Shown here: piece by piece, positions 38,216 to 52,600 of the stretch
How the letters are laid out: every line of letters starts with the position of its first letter
Numbering within the stretch: position 1 is the stretch's first letter
From: Cirrosporium novae-zelandiae
Taxonomy: Eukaryota
Length of the DNA stretch: 64,000 bases
Reading direction: 5' to 3'
NCBI GenBank assembly: GCA_026023565.1
Contig: JAPETS010000024.1
Span: 372,001-436,000 of the forward strand
The notes under the pieces: generated by a model
Database searches by the model: none
Seen by the model: the letters and a program-made list of their open reading frames with translations, nothing else
What the model was told of the DNA's origin: nothing
Position numbers and translations under genes: made by a program

Positions 38216-41007
38216 ATTTCTTTTCTGAAAATGGGCAAAACACCTTCTGGACGTCATGTGTAAGGTAGTTGACCGAACGAATCATTAAGTGATCTGAGCT
38301 CTACCCCAGGGCTAAACCCTTAATTATTTGGGCCTTGTATCAGACTGCAGGAATACCAAGGCAAGCGTCTCATGGGTTAAAAATCTGACTTTATAACTCC
38401 TCGATGACTTTTTTTTCATGCATCGGTAACAACTTTCAGATCGGAGAAAGCAATGCAACCAACAGTCTGTCCTGTCTATAGTCGTGACTTTCCGACCCCG
38501 TCTGACCTTTCCCCCCTTTACTACTCTCAGGCAAAGCGTTCCCCTTGATACTCACCAACCATTGCCAAATGTCCTTATGCTTAATAGAAGCTTTCACTTA
38601 TGATGTGATCCACCTCTCTATCTCTACCTCTTCTGTCCATTTAAGTTCCTCTTGGCCATTATCCTCTTTCTCCTGCAATCCAAAGGAAGCCCTTGACTTG
38701 GTCAATCGTATATCTCCTCAAATTTCCCAGTACATGCGGTGACTCCTGTCAAGAGAATGTGGTGGTTGACTGCGACAAAGCCAAGGACGGGATATATTCA
38801 GTCACAGTAATCAAACTACTCGATCCAAGGTGTATAGGATCCAGAAGCTCCTTGTTCCAAAGTTGATGACCTCAGATCTTCGACGAATAGATTTATTAAG
38901 AGTGACGGTCCCACTTCAAGTGAAACCTTCTTCAATATGTAGTCCATGACATGTGTAAGACTACAGTACTGTGTGGTTCTACCCAACGCTACTCTAAGTC
39001 ATCATTTCATCTATTATCCTTAGATAAGAGATAGCCTGAACACATGGCCAAAATAATCTCCACTGTTGGTGCAAGACCAATGTGATTCTCCCTTTGTTGT
39101 TGGTGGGGAGAAGCAGCTGCTTAGATCGGTATCATAGGGTAACCTGGGGAGGACTTTTCGAGACAGTACAAGGGTGGGAACATTGATTAATCTTGGAAGT
39201 CGGTGGGTGCCGACTGCGAGGTGCAATAAAGACCAGGTTATCTTGAACCCGCTGTTGAGATAGAGAATCTATTCAATGGACAGGAATCAAAGTCTTGATC
39301 CTGAAATAGATTTACACTATTGATCTAAAGTGACCAATCAGGGTACACTAAAACCACTGAATGGTAAAGAGACTAGTATGGTCTCTTACCATATGTAGAA
39401 GTTGATAGAGAGAGAATGAATGAAGAAAACCATATCCCACTCATTATGAATTGTGTCCAGGGGGATCCGTGATTCCTACCTTCACTCCTATCCGGTGCAA
39501 TGCAGTGAATGCTACAAAAAAGGGGTTTGACAAGATTGACCATCCAAGTCTTTCAACCAAATCTTTAGTAGCACGGAATATAGGGAAGAAAGAGAAATTG
39601 ACACGAAGGCTAACAATGCTTCAGCATGTAATCGCATCTCGACTGAACTCATAAGAGAAAACACTTAGTTGGATATAGCGCGATCAGCCCTTGCGCTCAC
39701 ATGATCTATTAGCCTGGCATCCGCTCTTCATTGGCCAACTTGGAACTTTCCTCTTATCGAAACTATTCATGGACATTACTTGCTCCACCGGAGAGTCAAT
39801 GGTGGACCATTCTCTATGAAGCTGCGCCGAATACTCGATATTCTAGATTCATAGGTTGAGAAAGCACAGTATATATCCGATGCTTTGACTATTTTCAGCA
39901 TTGTGTAGTTTGCTAGATGGCAACTTCATTTGCGGATCCGATATTTGCCATCCCAGAGAGTGCTACAAGGCTTCGATGAAAGTAAGGCAAGTAGCGTTCT
40001 TTCGCTAGTTAGTAGTCCAGTAAAACAGAGTACAGTAAACTAACAGGTGCAGAATATTCACTGAACCACTTATTGAAAATATGATTTCTCGCACGATGAC
40101 GCTAAGGTCTGCAATGGTATGAAAAATGGTTGTTTACAGCATGCATGTTTGACAAACACTACAATCGAAGGCATGGAAATGACATATAACACAGCAACAT
40201 CAAGATGGTTAGCAAATACAGATTCATCCTAATAGTAAATGGATAAAATTCAACCTGGTAACAGCGGCAACAAACTCTTCACTTATTTCACCCAAGTTAT
40301 ACAAGGAAAATGGATTGTCCGCTCTACTGGGGCAAGCATGCTTTGTTATGAACCAAAGCGACACTCATCACAGCTCATGTTGATATGAGCAAATATATTA
40401 ATATCAGCACTTCTACGGCACAACACCAGCCAGAGAGAGAGGCTGGATTGCAATTTGACATCCGTGCTAGACGTGATCGGGTTCATATCCAGGACATGAA
40501 AGAATACGGAACACCAAGAGACAACTCCTTCTATTATAACTTCCCATCTCTGTCAATTTTTCATCGCCCGTCAAGCTTGCTTGTGTATAGATTTGACATT
40601 TAATCGTAAAGGACGATGATGCTGAGCATTGGCTGAAGGATAGTAAAGTGGCTCAGGTATTATTGGAATATCTGTCAGGGTGATCCAACCGGCTGATTCA
40701 GACTGAGGCATAGTTGGGCGCAGTGAGTATTAGAGAGGCATTATGCCTACTTGTGAGAACGCTGTTGTAGTAGCAAGAACATGAAAGTTTGAAGGAATCA
40801 CACTCGAAATTTTACCAAGAAAATTTTAATTTAATTTTAGCATTACTGTACTATGGGCGACCGGGGGTTCACTAACGCAGTACGGCGTAGATCGTCGGAC
40901 GAAAGAGACTTTCCAACTTCTCCCCGAAGCTAAGGCCCCGATTTTCTAAGAACATGAATTCCCATAGTCACCAAGACTTCCACCAATCGGTTCCTGGTTC
41001 ACTTCAA

Positions 41008-41093
41008 GCTTGAATAGTTCAATGGTTAGAATTCCTGCCTTCCATAGGGAGGCTTGCAAGCAGGAGGTCCGTGTTCGATTCACGGTTCAAGCA
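41008..41093 (+). tRNA. tRNA-Gly(TCC) with 14-nt canonical intron (41045-41058)
   Basis: Acceptor GCTTGAA/TTCAAGC, D arm GTTC-AATGGTTA-GAAT, anticodon stem CCTGC/GCAGG with CT-TCC-A, T arm CCGTG-TTCGATT-CACGG. Intron GGGAGG pairs with CCTTCC. T-run terminator at about 41112. Confidence 0.95.
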
Positions 41094-43744
41094 ATAAGAG
41101 TAGCTGGATTCTTTTTTTTATTCTTATATTGGTAGATCCTATACAAAAATTATATATTTTTTGCCCGTCTCCAAAATCTAAAGGACAGCCAGCAACCACA
41201 ACCCATACTTTCATTCACATAAGACGAAGGTATTCCAAAATAAAGCAAGAAACTACCGGAAAAATTCATGTTGGGATTTGCTAATTACGAGTTAGGTGCG
41301 GACTGGCCAATATCAAATACGTCTTTTCTTATCATGGTTGAGTAGCCACAACGTGGGAAACTCTTCAGTCATTTGAGGTATACGCTCAAAGCTCTGCTTT
41401 AGGTCTCATATCGAAAATTCAAAGCTAATTAAACTTCCAAACGTTATCAATAGACTACCATTAGAACTTCGCTATGCGTGTGCACTTCGTTCATATAGCT
41501 AAAACCTCTCATCGTCGATCTTCTATGTTCAGTAATGGATTTCTTATTATAAGTTCTTTACGTGTTTATCTATCATTGCTGCTTGATCTCAAGACCCTTT
41601 TCCTTTTGTGCTCTTCTGCAGATTTTTAATCATCAATAAACCTCATCATATGAAAGCCCTTATCGTTATGTTCTATGCTACATCAAATGAAACCCACTCA
41701 ATGCATAATCTACAATACCTCCCAGTCGTATTGCAGGTGCATGACGCAAATGGAACGCAAACGCTTTATCCTTATTCGTTATCTACCGAACTCAAGTTTG
41801 ATAAGGCAGAAGGCGGACATTGATTATGAGAGTCAACCTACATCCTATCATTAAAGCTGCTGCTGGATGGACTGGAGTCTTTTAATATTAGTGAATCAAC
41901 ATCGATTCATTTCCCCAACAACTTACATTTAAAGCTCCTAATACCTTTATGTAGGAGAGGATTTTTCCGCATATTCAAGTTCCACCATATAGTATTCTTG
42001 GGTCTACGACTTGAGTTCAGCCCAGTGACTGAAAATAATATTGGTCATATTGGGGACATATATACAACAAACGTAAGCTATATACTCTCTTGTAGGGGGG
42101 TGTCTAATGCGAGGAGCACAGTTACAGCTACAGGTATAGGTAGCGGATATATTAAAAAGTGCAACATTACTATTTGCTCTTAGGATTACAAAAAGACTAT
42201 TTTATTATTCGCAATGGTTGAACAATGTTCATAATGTTGGGAATCTCTCAATTGCTACCCCACACGCGGAGACATGCTATACTCTAAGCCAAAACCTCCC
42301 AGAGTTTTCACATTTCCAATCACCACGTGGAAGCTAATCATTGTAAGGAGTTCCATTAGTAGGAAAGGTAGACAGAGAGGTACAGTTATCTATACGAATA
42401 TCAATCATCTACTTCCGAAATGGCGCCTTGCCTAGGCAACAGCCCACATCCAAGTCGTAAGTTTTTCCTTTCACCCAGTAAATAACTCGGCGGTTTCCAC
42501 CATGATATGTTAATTTCCCTTTGAAGATAGAAAGTAAAATCATGCAACACATTTCATTTATCAGGAAGGGCAAGACATATTCGCAATTTACAGTCGTTGG
42601 GGTTGGCTGGTTGGGAGGTTTGGGGGGGAGGGCCTTAGGGCTGGCTTCACAGATATGACCTGCCTTAAGTATTTGGTGAGTGGCTCAGCGCTTTCGACCC
42701 TGGCTAGCGGGTTGGGATAGATCGGGTGGCAAGGGTTTCCAGAATAATTAACCAATTTCTAGGCACCGTACCCCTCCAAACTTCCCTTCCCTACCCTCCT
42801 CGCCGGTGATGGGATCTATCTTATCAATCAGAAGTAAGTATCGGGGACCGAAAGTTCAGAATTGTTCCGAGTTTGGTAAGTAAATTTAATATTACCGAGC
42901 AGAGTACACTAATTACTACTACTGCTGCTGCTCCTGCTGTTACTACTACTAATAATAATAATAAAATATAATATTTCAAAAAGCCAACTCTGTCGTAAAT
43001 TTCTTGTTCCCAACGACGTTGAAAGGATGACATGGATAACTTTCTACTCTAACTTGTAAGATAATGCTGAGGCTTAAAGGTGGAATGCATGGATTGACTT
43101 GTGGCTCCTGTCCATGTTGATCCTTGTTTTTGACGTCTCTTTGACGGCTATGCAGGGGTAAGCTATGGAAAGTGACCAATCGTAGCTGCCATATGACCTC
43201 ACCGCCCGAAACTGTTGATTCCCAACAGAAACCAGACATGAGCAAACCTATGATACAGAACCAACAGTACCACAGTACCACAGTACCCAAATATACGGGT
43301 AACCAAAGCTAAAAAAATTATCAAGACGAGAAATGTTAGGAATGCATCAAGGAATTTTATGGGGAGAGATCGACCAACCCGGATCCGGTCTTTTTTTTTC
43401 TTTACGAATGAGCATCAGTCCATTTCTCCCCCATCAGAAATCCCATGAGGAACTCAAAGGTCCCTCTCGGTTGATTCGGTCACAGCCGTATTTCCCACAG
43501 GCAGCACCAACAACCGTCTCAACCCCACAAGTCTCTCACCCTTTTGTCATAGCCTCATATAGAAGCCATCATCTCCCATCTCACCTTGTTCTTTTATTTT
43601 TTTTCCCTCCCATCATCTCTCATTCATTTTCAATCAACCAGTCCATTATCTGGTACATCCCCTCTCCTGGAGTTTTATCTCCAACAATACCTCCACTCAT
43701 ATCCGCCATTTCCTCTCTCAATCATCTCTCCTCTCACTTTCAAG

Positions 43745-45360
43745 ATGCCTTCCAGCCAGCCAGCTGCTGGCCATTTGGCTGTCAAGCCGGAACATATCTC
43801 CTCTCACTTATCATCCATGGCAAAGACTTCAGAACCAAATAGGAATTCAAAATACGATGCTAGAAAGCCCCACATCGCCGATATCCCAATCACCCGAAGG
43901 AACTGGTAGGTCATTATACATGTCTAGGAATCCATCAAGATTAGTCACTAAATCAAAATTTCCAGGGCTGCACATGTCAACTGGCTCAATGTTTTTTTGA
44001 TTGTTGGCATACCTTTATACGGGTGCATCCAGGCCTACTGGACCCCACTGCAGTGGAAGACGGCTATCTGGGCTGTTGCTGTACGTGAAATCCAGGAATT
44101 ATATTTATTCTAGGAAACTAATTAGTCTTAGTATTACTTCTTCACTGGTGTTTCTATTACTGCCGGATATCACAGACTTTGGGCTCACACATCATATTCT
44201 GCCACTCTACCTCTCCGAATCTGGCTTGCAGCTTTTGGTGGAGGTGCAGTTGAAGGGTCTATTCGCTGGTGGAGTCGTGACCACCGTGCTCATCATCGAT
44301 ACACCGACACTGACAAAGACCCGTATTCCGTTCGCAAGGGTCTTTTGTATTCGCATATCGGCTGGATGGTGATGAAGCAGAACCCAAAGAGAATTGGACG
44401 TACCGATATCACCGATTTGAACGAAGACCCAGTTGTTGTTTGGCAACACAAGAACTACTTGAAAACCGTCTTTACAATGGGAATGGGTTTCCCTATGCTC
44501 GTTGCTGGTCTTGGCTGGGGTGACTGGTGGGGTGGTTTCATCTATGCTGGAATTCTCCGCATCTTTTTCGTTCAGCAGGTAAGCCAGAAATTCTTATTTG
44601 AGAAGAAAATAGATTTGACACTAATTCATTGATATAGGCAACCTTCTGCATCAACAGCGTAGCTCACTGGATCGGCGAACAGCCATTTGATGACCGAAAC
44701 TCTCCAAGAGACCATATGATCACCGCTTGGCTCACACTTGGAGAAGGATATCACAACTTCCATCACGAGTTCCCCTCCGACTACCGAAATGCCATCAAGT
44801 GGTATCAATATGATCCCACCAAGTGGATGATCTGGTTCTGGAAGCAAGTTGGTCTAGCATATAACCTTAAGCAATTCCCAGGAAACGAAATTGAAAAGGG
44901 CCGTGTTCAACAACTCCAGAAGAAGCTTGATCAGAGACGCTCGAAGCTTAACTGGGGTATCCCTCTCGATCAACTCCCAATTATGGAATGGGAAGACTAC
45001 GTTGAGCAATCCAAGAACGGTCGTGCTCTTATCGCTGTTGCCGGTGTCATCCATGATGTGTCTAGCTTTGTCAAGGATCATCCAGGAGGGAAGGCCATGA
45101 TTTCCTCGGGTATTGGAAAGGACGCAACTGCCATGTTCAACGGTGGTATCTACAATCACTCCAATGCTGCACATAACCTTCTTTCAACGATGAGAATCGG
45201 TGTGATCCGTGGTGGATGCGAAGTCGAGATCTGGAAGAAATCTCAACGTGACACCAAGGACACTGAATATGTCAAGGACAGCTTTGGCCGGAAGGTCGTA
45301 CGGGCTGGCGAGCAAGTGACTCGGATAAATGCCCCGGTGGCTACCGCAGAAGCTGCATAA
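43745..45360 (+). CDS. OLE1: Delta-9 acyl-CoA desaturase with fused cytochrome b5 (4 exons)
   Basis: His boxes [16 protein letters not shown] and GEGYHNFHH; cytochrome b5 HPGG. Introns at about 43906-43965, 44081-44131 and 44579-44637. Confidence 0.96.
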
Positions 45361-46086
45361 ACTTGATGGGACTCATGATTCGTAACGATAAAGGTCTGCT
45401 TCTGGCGGGAAATCTTATAGGCTACTTGTTTCCTTTGTGGGAAGCGTATGAGGGAGGGCGTTATGGGAGTGATGGCGATCGAAAAAAGAAAGGGGGGTAA
45501 ACCAATGACAGTCTCCAGTTGCACAGTGCGGGACGAAGTACACTCTTTGATATTGTTTGATGTATACAAACAGTTGACTATTCGGTATCTGATATCCAGA
45601 GAGATGAATATCGTGATTTGAAGGACGAGAAGAATAACTGGACGTGTCTCGTTTGTTGAGGCAAGTAGCTGCAAGGATAGAAGTGAATAGCTATATTGAT
45701 ATCATATTACTTACCGCCAAGGTGTAAAATCAAATCAAGCTCATGTCATTTTCTTAGTTTCGTGGATCCCACTAGAGTAGAGCATTTGATCCATGTTTCT
45801 CTCCCGTGACATCCAGATTTGTCTCGAAGCCCTAGACAAAGGATTGTAGTTCAAACAAACAAAGAGTTGGTAGTTGCCTTTGGGTTTTGGTCTACAGCCT
45901 AAATCCCTGTCACCTGAGGTGATCAATGGTGCCGACCTCCGAAGACTTTTGCTCAACTTAGTTAGAGTCAAGCTGACTTGGTAGCGCGTCATTCCACAGA
46001 AAAAACAACAAGGCCAATTTCTCCTGCGCAGGTCGCATTTCCATCAAAACTTTTTCACAGCTCATTTTAACCATTTTCCCCTCACA

Positions 46087-47921
46087 ATGCCTCCAAAACG
46101 TGCCACCAAGGCTTCTACTGCCTCCACTGCAGCTCCGGTTACCAGGAAAAGGACTACAACTGTTAAAACTACCGTCAAATCCACAAAGGCTACCGCCGCT
46201 GCCACCGCTCCCTCCCATAGAGGTCGAGGAAGACCACCTAGAAAGCATAGTTCTGCTGCTACAAAAGAACCTGTCGACGAATCAGCCACTTCAGCTTCGG
46301 AAGAACCTGAACCTGAACCCGTTAAACCTGCGCGCAAGCGGAAGGCGAGCGAAGAAAGTGTAGCTCCGGTCAAGAAAGCGCGTGTTACAGCACCGCACAA
46401 GGAACCGAAAGAAGCGAAAGAAGCGAAAGAACCAAAAGCACCAAAAGCACCAAAAGCACCAAAAGCACCAAAAGAACTTAAAGAACTTAAAGAACCTAAA
46501 GCGAAGCGTGCACCCGTCCTCAAGAAAGGACCCATCATTAATGAGGTCCCCACTCAACGCCTTCATGTTTTTGTATGTGGTGAAGGCAGCTCAGGCGAAC
46601 TTGGCCTCGGCACCGCGAAGACTGCTGTCGACGTTAAACGACCGCGTCTAAATCCTTTACTTCCTGCTGACACGGTCGGAGTCGTGCAGGTCGCGGTTGG
46701 TGGCATGCACTGTGCAGCTTTGACGCATGATAATAAGATTTTAACCTGGGGAGTTAATGATCAAGGTGCCCTTGGGAGGGATACTACTTGGGATGGTGGT
46801 CTGAGGGATATGGATTCAGATGATGACAGCTCCGAGGCAAGCGATAGTGGATTGAATCCCAAGGAAGCAACGCCGACAGCTATCCCAAGTACATCTTTCC
46901 CTGAAGGTATCACGTTTGTTGAAGTTGCTGCTGGCGACAGTACTACCTTTGCTCTAACCGACGACGGCAATGTCTGGGGCTGGGGTACATTCCGAGTAAG
47001 TTCCCGCTTCCATTGCCATCACTTGTTTTATCTCACTAACAATATCCACAGTCCAACGAGGGAATACTCGGCTTTAGTACTACAACCCACATCGCTCACA
47101 CCCCTGTCCACCTCCCAGCTCTCAAAAAAGTAACCCATCTCGTCTGTGGTGATAACCATGTTCTCGCCCTCACCTCCAACGGTTCTGTCTTTGCCTGGGG
47201 CTCCGGCCAACAAAACCAGCTAGGCCGTCGCGTTGTCGAGCGTACCCGTCTCAATGGTCTCGTTCCGCGTGAGTTCGGCTTGCCTCGCAGGGCCGTTGTA
47301 GCCGTATACGCAGGTGCATATCATAGTTTTGCAGTCGACAAAGACGATCGGGTATGGAGCTGGGGCTTAAACAACTACGGTGAAACAGGAGTTCCTCAAG
47401 GCGCCGGTGAAGACGAAGCCGTGATCCTAAAGCCCACCATAGTTACAGGCCTTGAAGGCAAAACCGTCATCGACATCAGCGGCGGCGCCCATCATTCCCT
47501 CGCTGCAACCGCCACAGGCGAAATCCTAGCCTGGGGCCGCGTCGACGGCTTCCAAACAGGCATCAAACTCACCGACCTTCCTTCTGACGCCGTCGTCAAG
47601 GACTCCCACGACAAACCCCGAATCCTAGTTGCTCCTACACCTGTGGCCAAGGTCCCGAAAAACCAGGGCCTGAAAGTTGCAGCTGGATCCGATCACTCGC
47701 TCGCGCTCACCAAGGACGGGAAAGTCTACGCCTGGGGCTTCAGTGCCGGATACCAAACGGGCTTGGGAACCGACGACGATATCGAAGAGGCAACATTAAT
47801 CGATAATACCGCGCTCAGGGGAAGGAGAGTTAGGTTTGTAGGAGCAGGTGGACAGTTTAGCGTTCTTGCCAGCGTTGCTGCGGAGGATCCCAAGGTTAAC
47901 GGAGGGGGAAAGAAGAATTAG
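46087..47921 (+). CDS. RCC1: Ran GEF RCC1 (Pim1/Prp20) with basic N-terminal tail
   Basis: RCC1 blades FVCGEGSSGELGLG, VAVGGMHC, TWGVNDQGALGR, WGWGTFR/SNEGILGF, AGAYHSFA, AGSDHSLA. One intron at about 46996-47051. Confidence 0.94.
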
Positions 47922-49603
47922 GATAAAAGGAAAAGTTACTATTTTTTTTTGATTATTGGTTGAAACTGACCGATTAATATCTATCTTACTTGGAATCGGG
48001 GGGGAAGGGGGGGGGGAGTAAATAAAAATCAAACCAATACAAAACAAAACCAAAACCAAAACGAACGAAGACGAAGATGTGCAAAAACAAAAACAAAAAA
48101 AGAAATTTTTTTTATTCTGGGCCGGTCTCCCTCCTAGGTTATGGGTTGGGGGAAGGGGTGGTTTACGTGTTTTTTTAGGATTTCTATTACATGGTATATG
48201 ACATATATGGTTAACTATTACATACGCACACCATCACTACATACTTTACTACCTTCCCTTGACTTGACTTGACATACATACACACATATATATAAAAATC
48301 TGGAGTTTATACGGGGACCTGGCGTTTCTACTCGAGTACTAGTTTAGGGAGCAGGCGTTCTTTCTTTTCTTTCTCTTTTTGTATGTGTTCACCTTTCAAA
48401 GGAAATGTTATGGCTATGTTATGTTATGGTTTATGGTTATAGGTCATGTTATAAGGGTAGGTTAACTTAACTTCACTTTGTGTGTGTGTGGAGGGGAGAG
48501 GGGGAGGGGATGTTTTGAGATATGATATGATATCGATGTATATGATAGGTATGATGAGGATAAGGATAGGGAATGAAAAGTAATGGCGAAAAAGGATAAG
48601 AGAAAGAGGAAGGGGAGGCAGGGGGGAAGGAGAACAGAAAGGGGAGGTATAGAGTTTACAATAGCATCAGCCAGTCCGGTCTAAAGCACAAAACATAAGG
48701 CGCAAAGCACAAAGCGCGAAGTATAGGTATATATAAGTATATAATTTAATAAATCAAATCGATTGATGAAGAATGAAAGAAAAGGCACGGGAGAATAAAT
48801 GGAAGAACGGAGTGAAGTGGGGAGATCAAGGAATATATTATGTGTTATATATACCCTTTCAAACTCCAAACCTTCACATTCATATTCTTAGATAATAAAT
48901 CATAGGTTTATATTTATATCTCCCCCCTCCTCCCCCCTCCTCCCCCCTTCTCCATACGCACGTAGAGATTCAGTTGAATTCAATCCAATCTCTCCAGTAC
49001 CTCTACTCTTCCCTCTCCCACTCCCACTTCCCTTTTCCATACAGTACCTACCTAAGTACTATAATTAGAAGTATTAGGAAATTCATATTTATTTATTTTA
49101 TTTTATTTTTTGGCAGGGAAGGGACTTAATGAGGGAATTGGGTAAGATAGGTAGGTAGGTAGGAATGATTTATTCTTTCTTTCTAGCATCCGAACATACG
49201 AACGTGTACAGTACACATGTCAATATTTTACTCATTCGTTTAGGCTTCTCTTCACTTCCCCCATCCTTTTCATATTCATCCATATCTATTTTTTTTAAAG
49301 GAGGTACTGAATATTTTTATTCTCTAGGAGAAAAGGCATGTATAAGATAGGCATTGGGGCATGTCAAAAAAAAAAAAGAAAGCATAGACATATGCCCGTT
49401 CAATCGAATCCAATCCAGTACAATATAATCCGTACCCTCGTCACCTATTAGCTAGCTAGCTAACCTAGTGGGCCTCTAGCTATACCACTCCTTCCTTATT
49501 TATTCCATCCAATCAATCAGTCAGTCAGTCAATGAATGCTTATAAAGCGTATCTCCCTTCCCCCACTCCCCACCATCATTCGTTCTCCCCACCCATCAAT
49601 TAA

Positions 49604-52600
49604 TCAATAAACTCCCATCCCCCCTGCCATCTTCCCCACAACCTCCCACACACGCCCACTAAGTCTATACCTAACCAGGCCCGCCCAGACGCAAAGATTT
49701 TCAGCACGCTGTCGAAGTTCCTCGACCATGGCTCTGCGAGTTGGATCATCCCACCCACTGTCTTTGAGCACTTGTCGCTGTTGGCTGATGCAGAGGAGGG
49801 ACCACATGAGGAGTGGACCGATGGTGCTGCTTAGCAATGGAGGTAGTGCGGATATGTTGTTTGCAGAGGAGCGGAGAGTAGATGTGCTTTGGGGGAGTGT
49901 GAGGGGAAGTAAGGGGAGTGCAGTTAGGATATCGAGGGCTTCGCCCCACCGCTCGGCTTCTACGTGTTCTTTCGCTTCACTCATGCGCAGGAGTAGACCA
50001 CAGGTCTCGCGGTTGCGGGCTTGGATTTTGGAATAATACATGGCGTTGCTGTTGTATAGGCTCATCATGTTCCGTGCCAAGGCTGCTGCTGTGTCGACTG
50101 TTGTGAGGGAGAGGGAGGAGTTAGGGGCGAGCTCGGGGCTTGCGTTGGGTGTAGTTTGTTGGAGTGCATGAGATCGAGGTTTTAGTGGCTGGATTTTTAA
50201 TGGTTCTTGGCCGAGTTCCACAGCGATAGATTCGGAGAGCGCACGGTTGATGATCGTGATTACGTTGTCATATTCCTCCGCCAGGTGGTATAAGAGGACG
50301 GCGTCGGCTGTTCTACCGTTGTCATCTGCTACTGCGGCCGCCTGTACCGTAACGGCCCTCAAGAACTCTTCTCTCCCCTCTAGACCAATCAACTTCAAAC
50401 GCTGCTCAATAGCACCTTTTATTCTCGTTCCGTCATTTCTTATATCACCTAATAACTGGGCGAACTCGCGGGTCTCGAGCACAAGCTCCCGAAGAGCTTC
50501 GTGGCAAAGCGAGGATTGGGAGGGACCAAGGGGAGCAGGGAGAGAAGAGAAGAGACAGATGAGAGTTATGTAGTCCACAGCAATGGTGGGGGAGGCAGTG
50601 CGGAAATCGCGGGTGTAAAAACCAAGTAGGCGACCAAAGTTTAGCTGAGGAAGGGATGTTGATGTAGTTGTTACTGCGTGGATGGTTAGCTGTAGTCTAT
50701 TGGAAGAGAGCATGGACAAAGGAATGAGAAAAGAGCCAAGTGTCCCAAGGCATCTTTAACGTATCTAGAATAGGCGTGGGGTATATCCCAAGATAGAAAT
50801 GTAACTGGGAAGGCTCATAGAAAAATCCGGGATAAAACTTACAAAGATCAGACCCGGCAACAGCAAAGTCCGAGACGCGAAGAAGACCATAGTATGCAAG
50901 TGAAATTGCAAAATGTACGGCGCTGACGTAGGAAAAGGGGTATAGGTATGCGATAGCCTGTTCGAACATTCCGCAGAGAATTTGAAGCCAGAAAAATGTT
51001 CCATGACCGCCAGATCCTTCGGTTCCTTTTGAGAAATGCCTCTGTCCTATCTCGGTGATTGATGCTCGAATTTCTTCAAGCCCAAAACTCTCGCCTGCGT
51101 TCTCTTCAAGTCGATTCTGTTCTCGGGCAAGATTAAACTGCAGCCATGTCCAGTCTTCTTGGCCAAATCCACTGATATTATCAAGTGTTCGCTTTCCTAG
51201 TTCGCACCGACCGATGATTTTGTAGCAAGCCATCCTGTATGGGTCGAGAGAGTTCTCAGGAGCAAGGCGTTGGCGTTGCTGGTATTCTGAGTTGATTTTA
51301 TCTTGGAGATTGCGAGGTAATCGACGGTCCGGATCTCGCGCGTAGGCTCGCATGTACGAGACAAAATTACGGTCAATCTGTCTGAAGCTGCTGTTTTCGC
51401 CTGCAACGTATTCAAGAGCTTCTTTCACGCAACCACAGCGCAGAAGATAGAAGATCAAAGCCCAGCAAATATCGTTTTCCAGCATCTGTAGATCTGTAGA
51501 TTCAGATGCAAGGTCTTTTCTATTGGCTCTGACCCGAATATAGGCTCGTATCTTGTTAATCACTGAGGGAACTCCACCGAGTCGAGCTTCATGAGGGTTC
51601 TTCACGATCAACTGCTCAACTTGGTGGAAGAATTGTTTCTCCAAAAACTTCCGAGAACCCTCGAGGATTTGCTTTCGGATTTTCATACAATTCGGTGAAT
51701 TGGTGTTTTCCTCCAAGTAGATTTTAGAAAATTGCCGTTCTTTGATTGCACTAGGATCTGCTTGAGAAACGATAGCTGGACTTTCACCAACAATTTCTAT
51801 TAAAGCTTTATATGCATCGACAATTTGGCTTGGACCCTAATTATATTGTTAGCATGATCCAGACATAGGAATAACAATGTCCACGGCATCCAATCCAGGT
51901 CAAGATAAATCAAAGGGTGGATAGTGAAACCAAAGCTGGTATACAAAAGAGCCGCCAAACCCCTTGTCTTGTCTGGATTGGTCTACCGTGGACACTGTAT
52001 TAGAAAATTTGTGTAGATAGATCCCGCTTACCTCGCCACCCGCTTGACTTTCCACAGTTCCAAATTCATGAAATATGGGATACGTCTTCTCCTTTTTCCT
52101 GTGCTCATTCAAAGCCTGGACTTTTACAGCAAATTTCGCTTCCTTTTCTCTCATAAAAGGGCTTCCAGTAACTCCAGGACCACCATTTGCACTCTTTGCC
52201 GCTACGTCAGTGAAGGCAGCCGCATTATCTGGAGTGGAACTTGGAGTTCCAATGACTGATTGCTGCAAAGCAGATCGCCCAAAGACACTGCGCGTTTGAG
52301 GTGTAGATGGAGCGGCGCCAACCCCAGCAACGCTTTTTCCCCTCCGGGTCCGAGAAAAGGTTCCCCCAAAACTTCCTCCGAAATTTCCAATTCCAGGGGC
52401 CGTACTCTCCTTGTCTACAGAACCCTTGGGTATTAAGCCAAAGTGTTCCTGTATCCGCTTTCTTTGCTGTTCCCAGTTGAAGTTTACATGCTCATCCAAG
52501 AAAGCATCAAAATCTCGTCTTGATCGTTGAAGACCCTCCTCTATCATAGCTTGCCTTGATCGCTGTTGCAATTGCCGAACATATTTGTCGTTGTCTGGAT

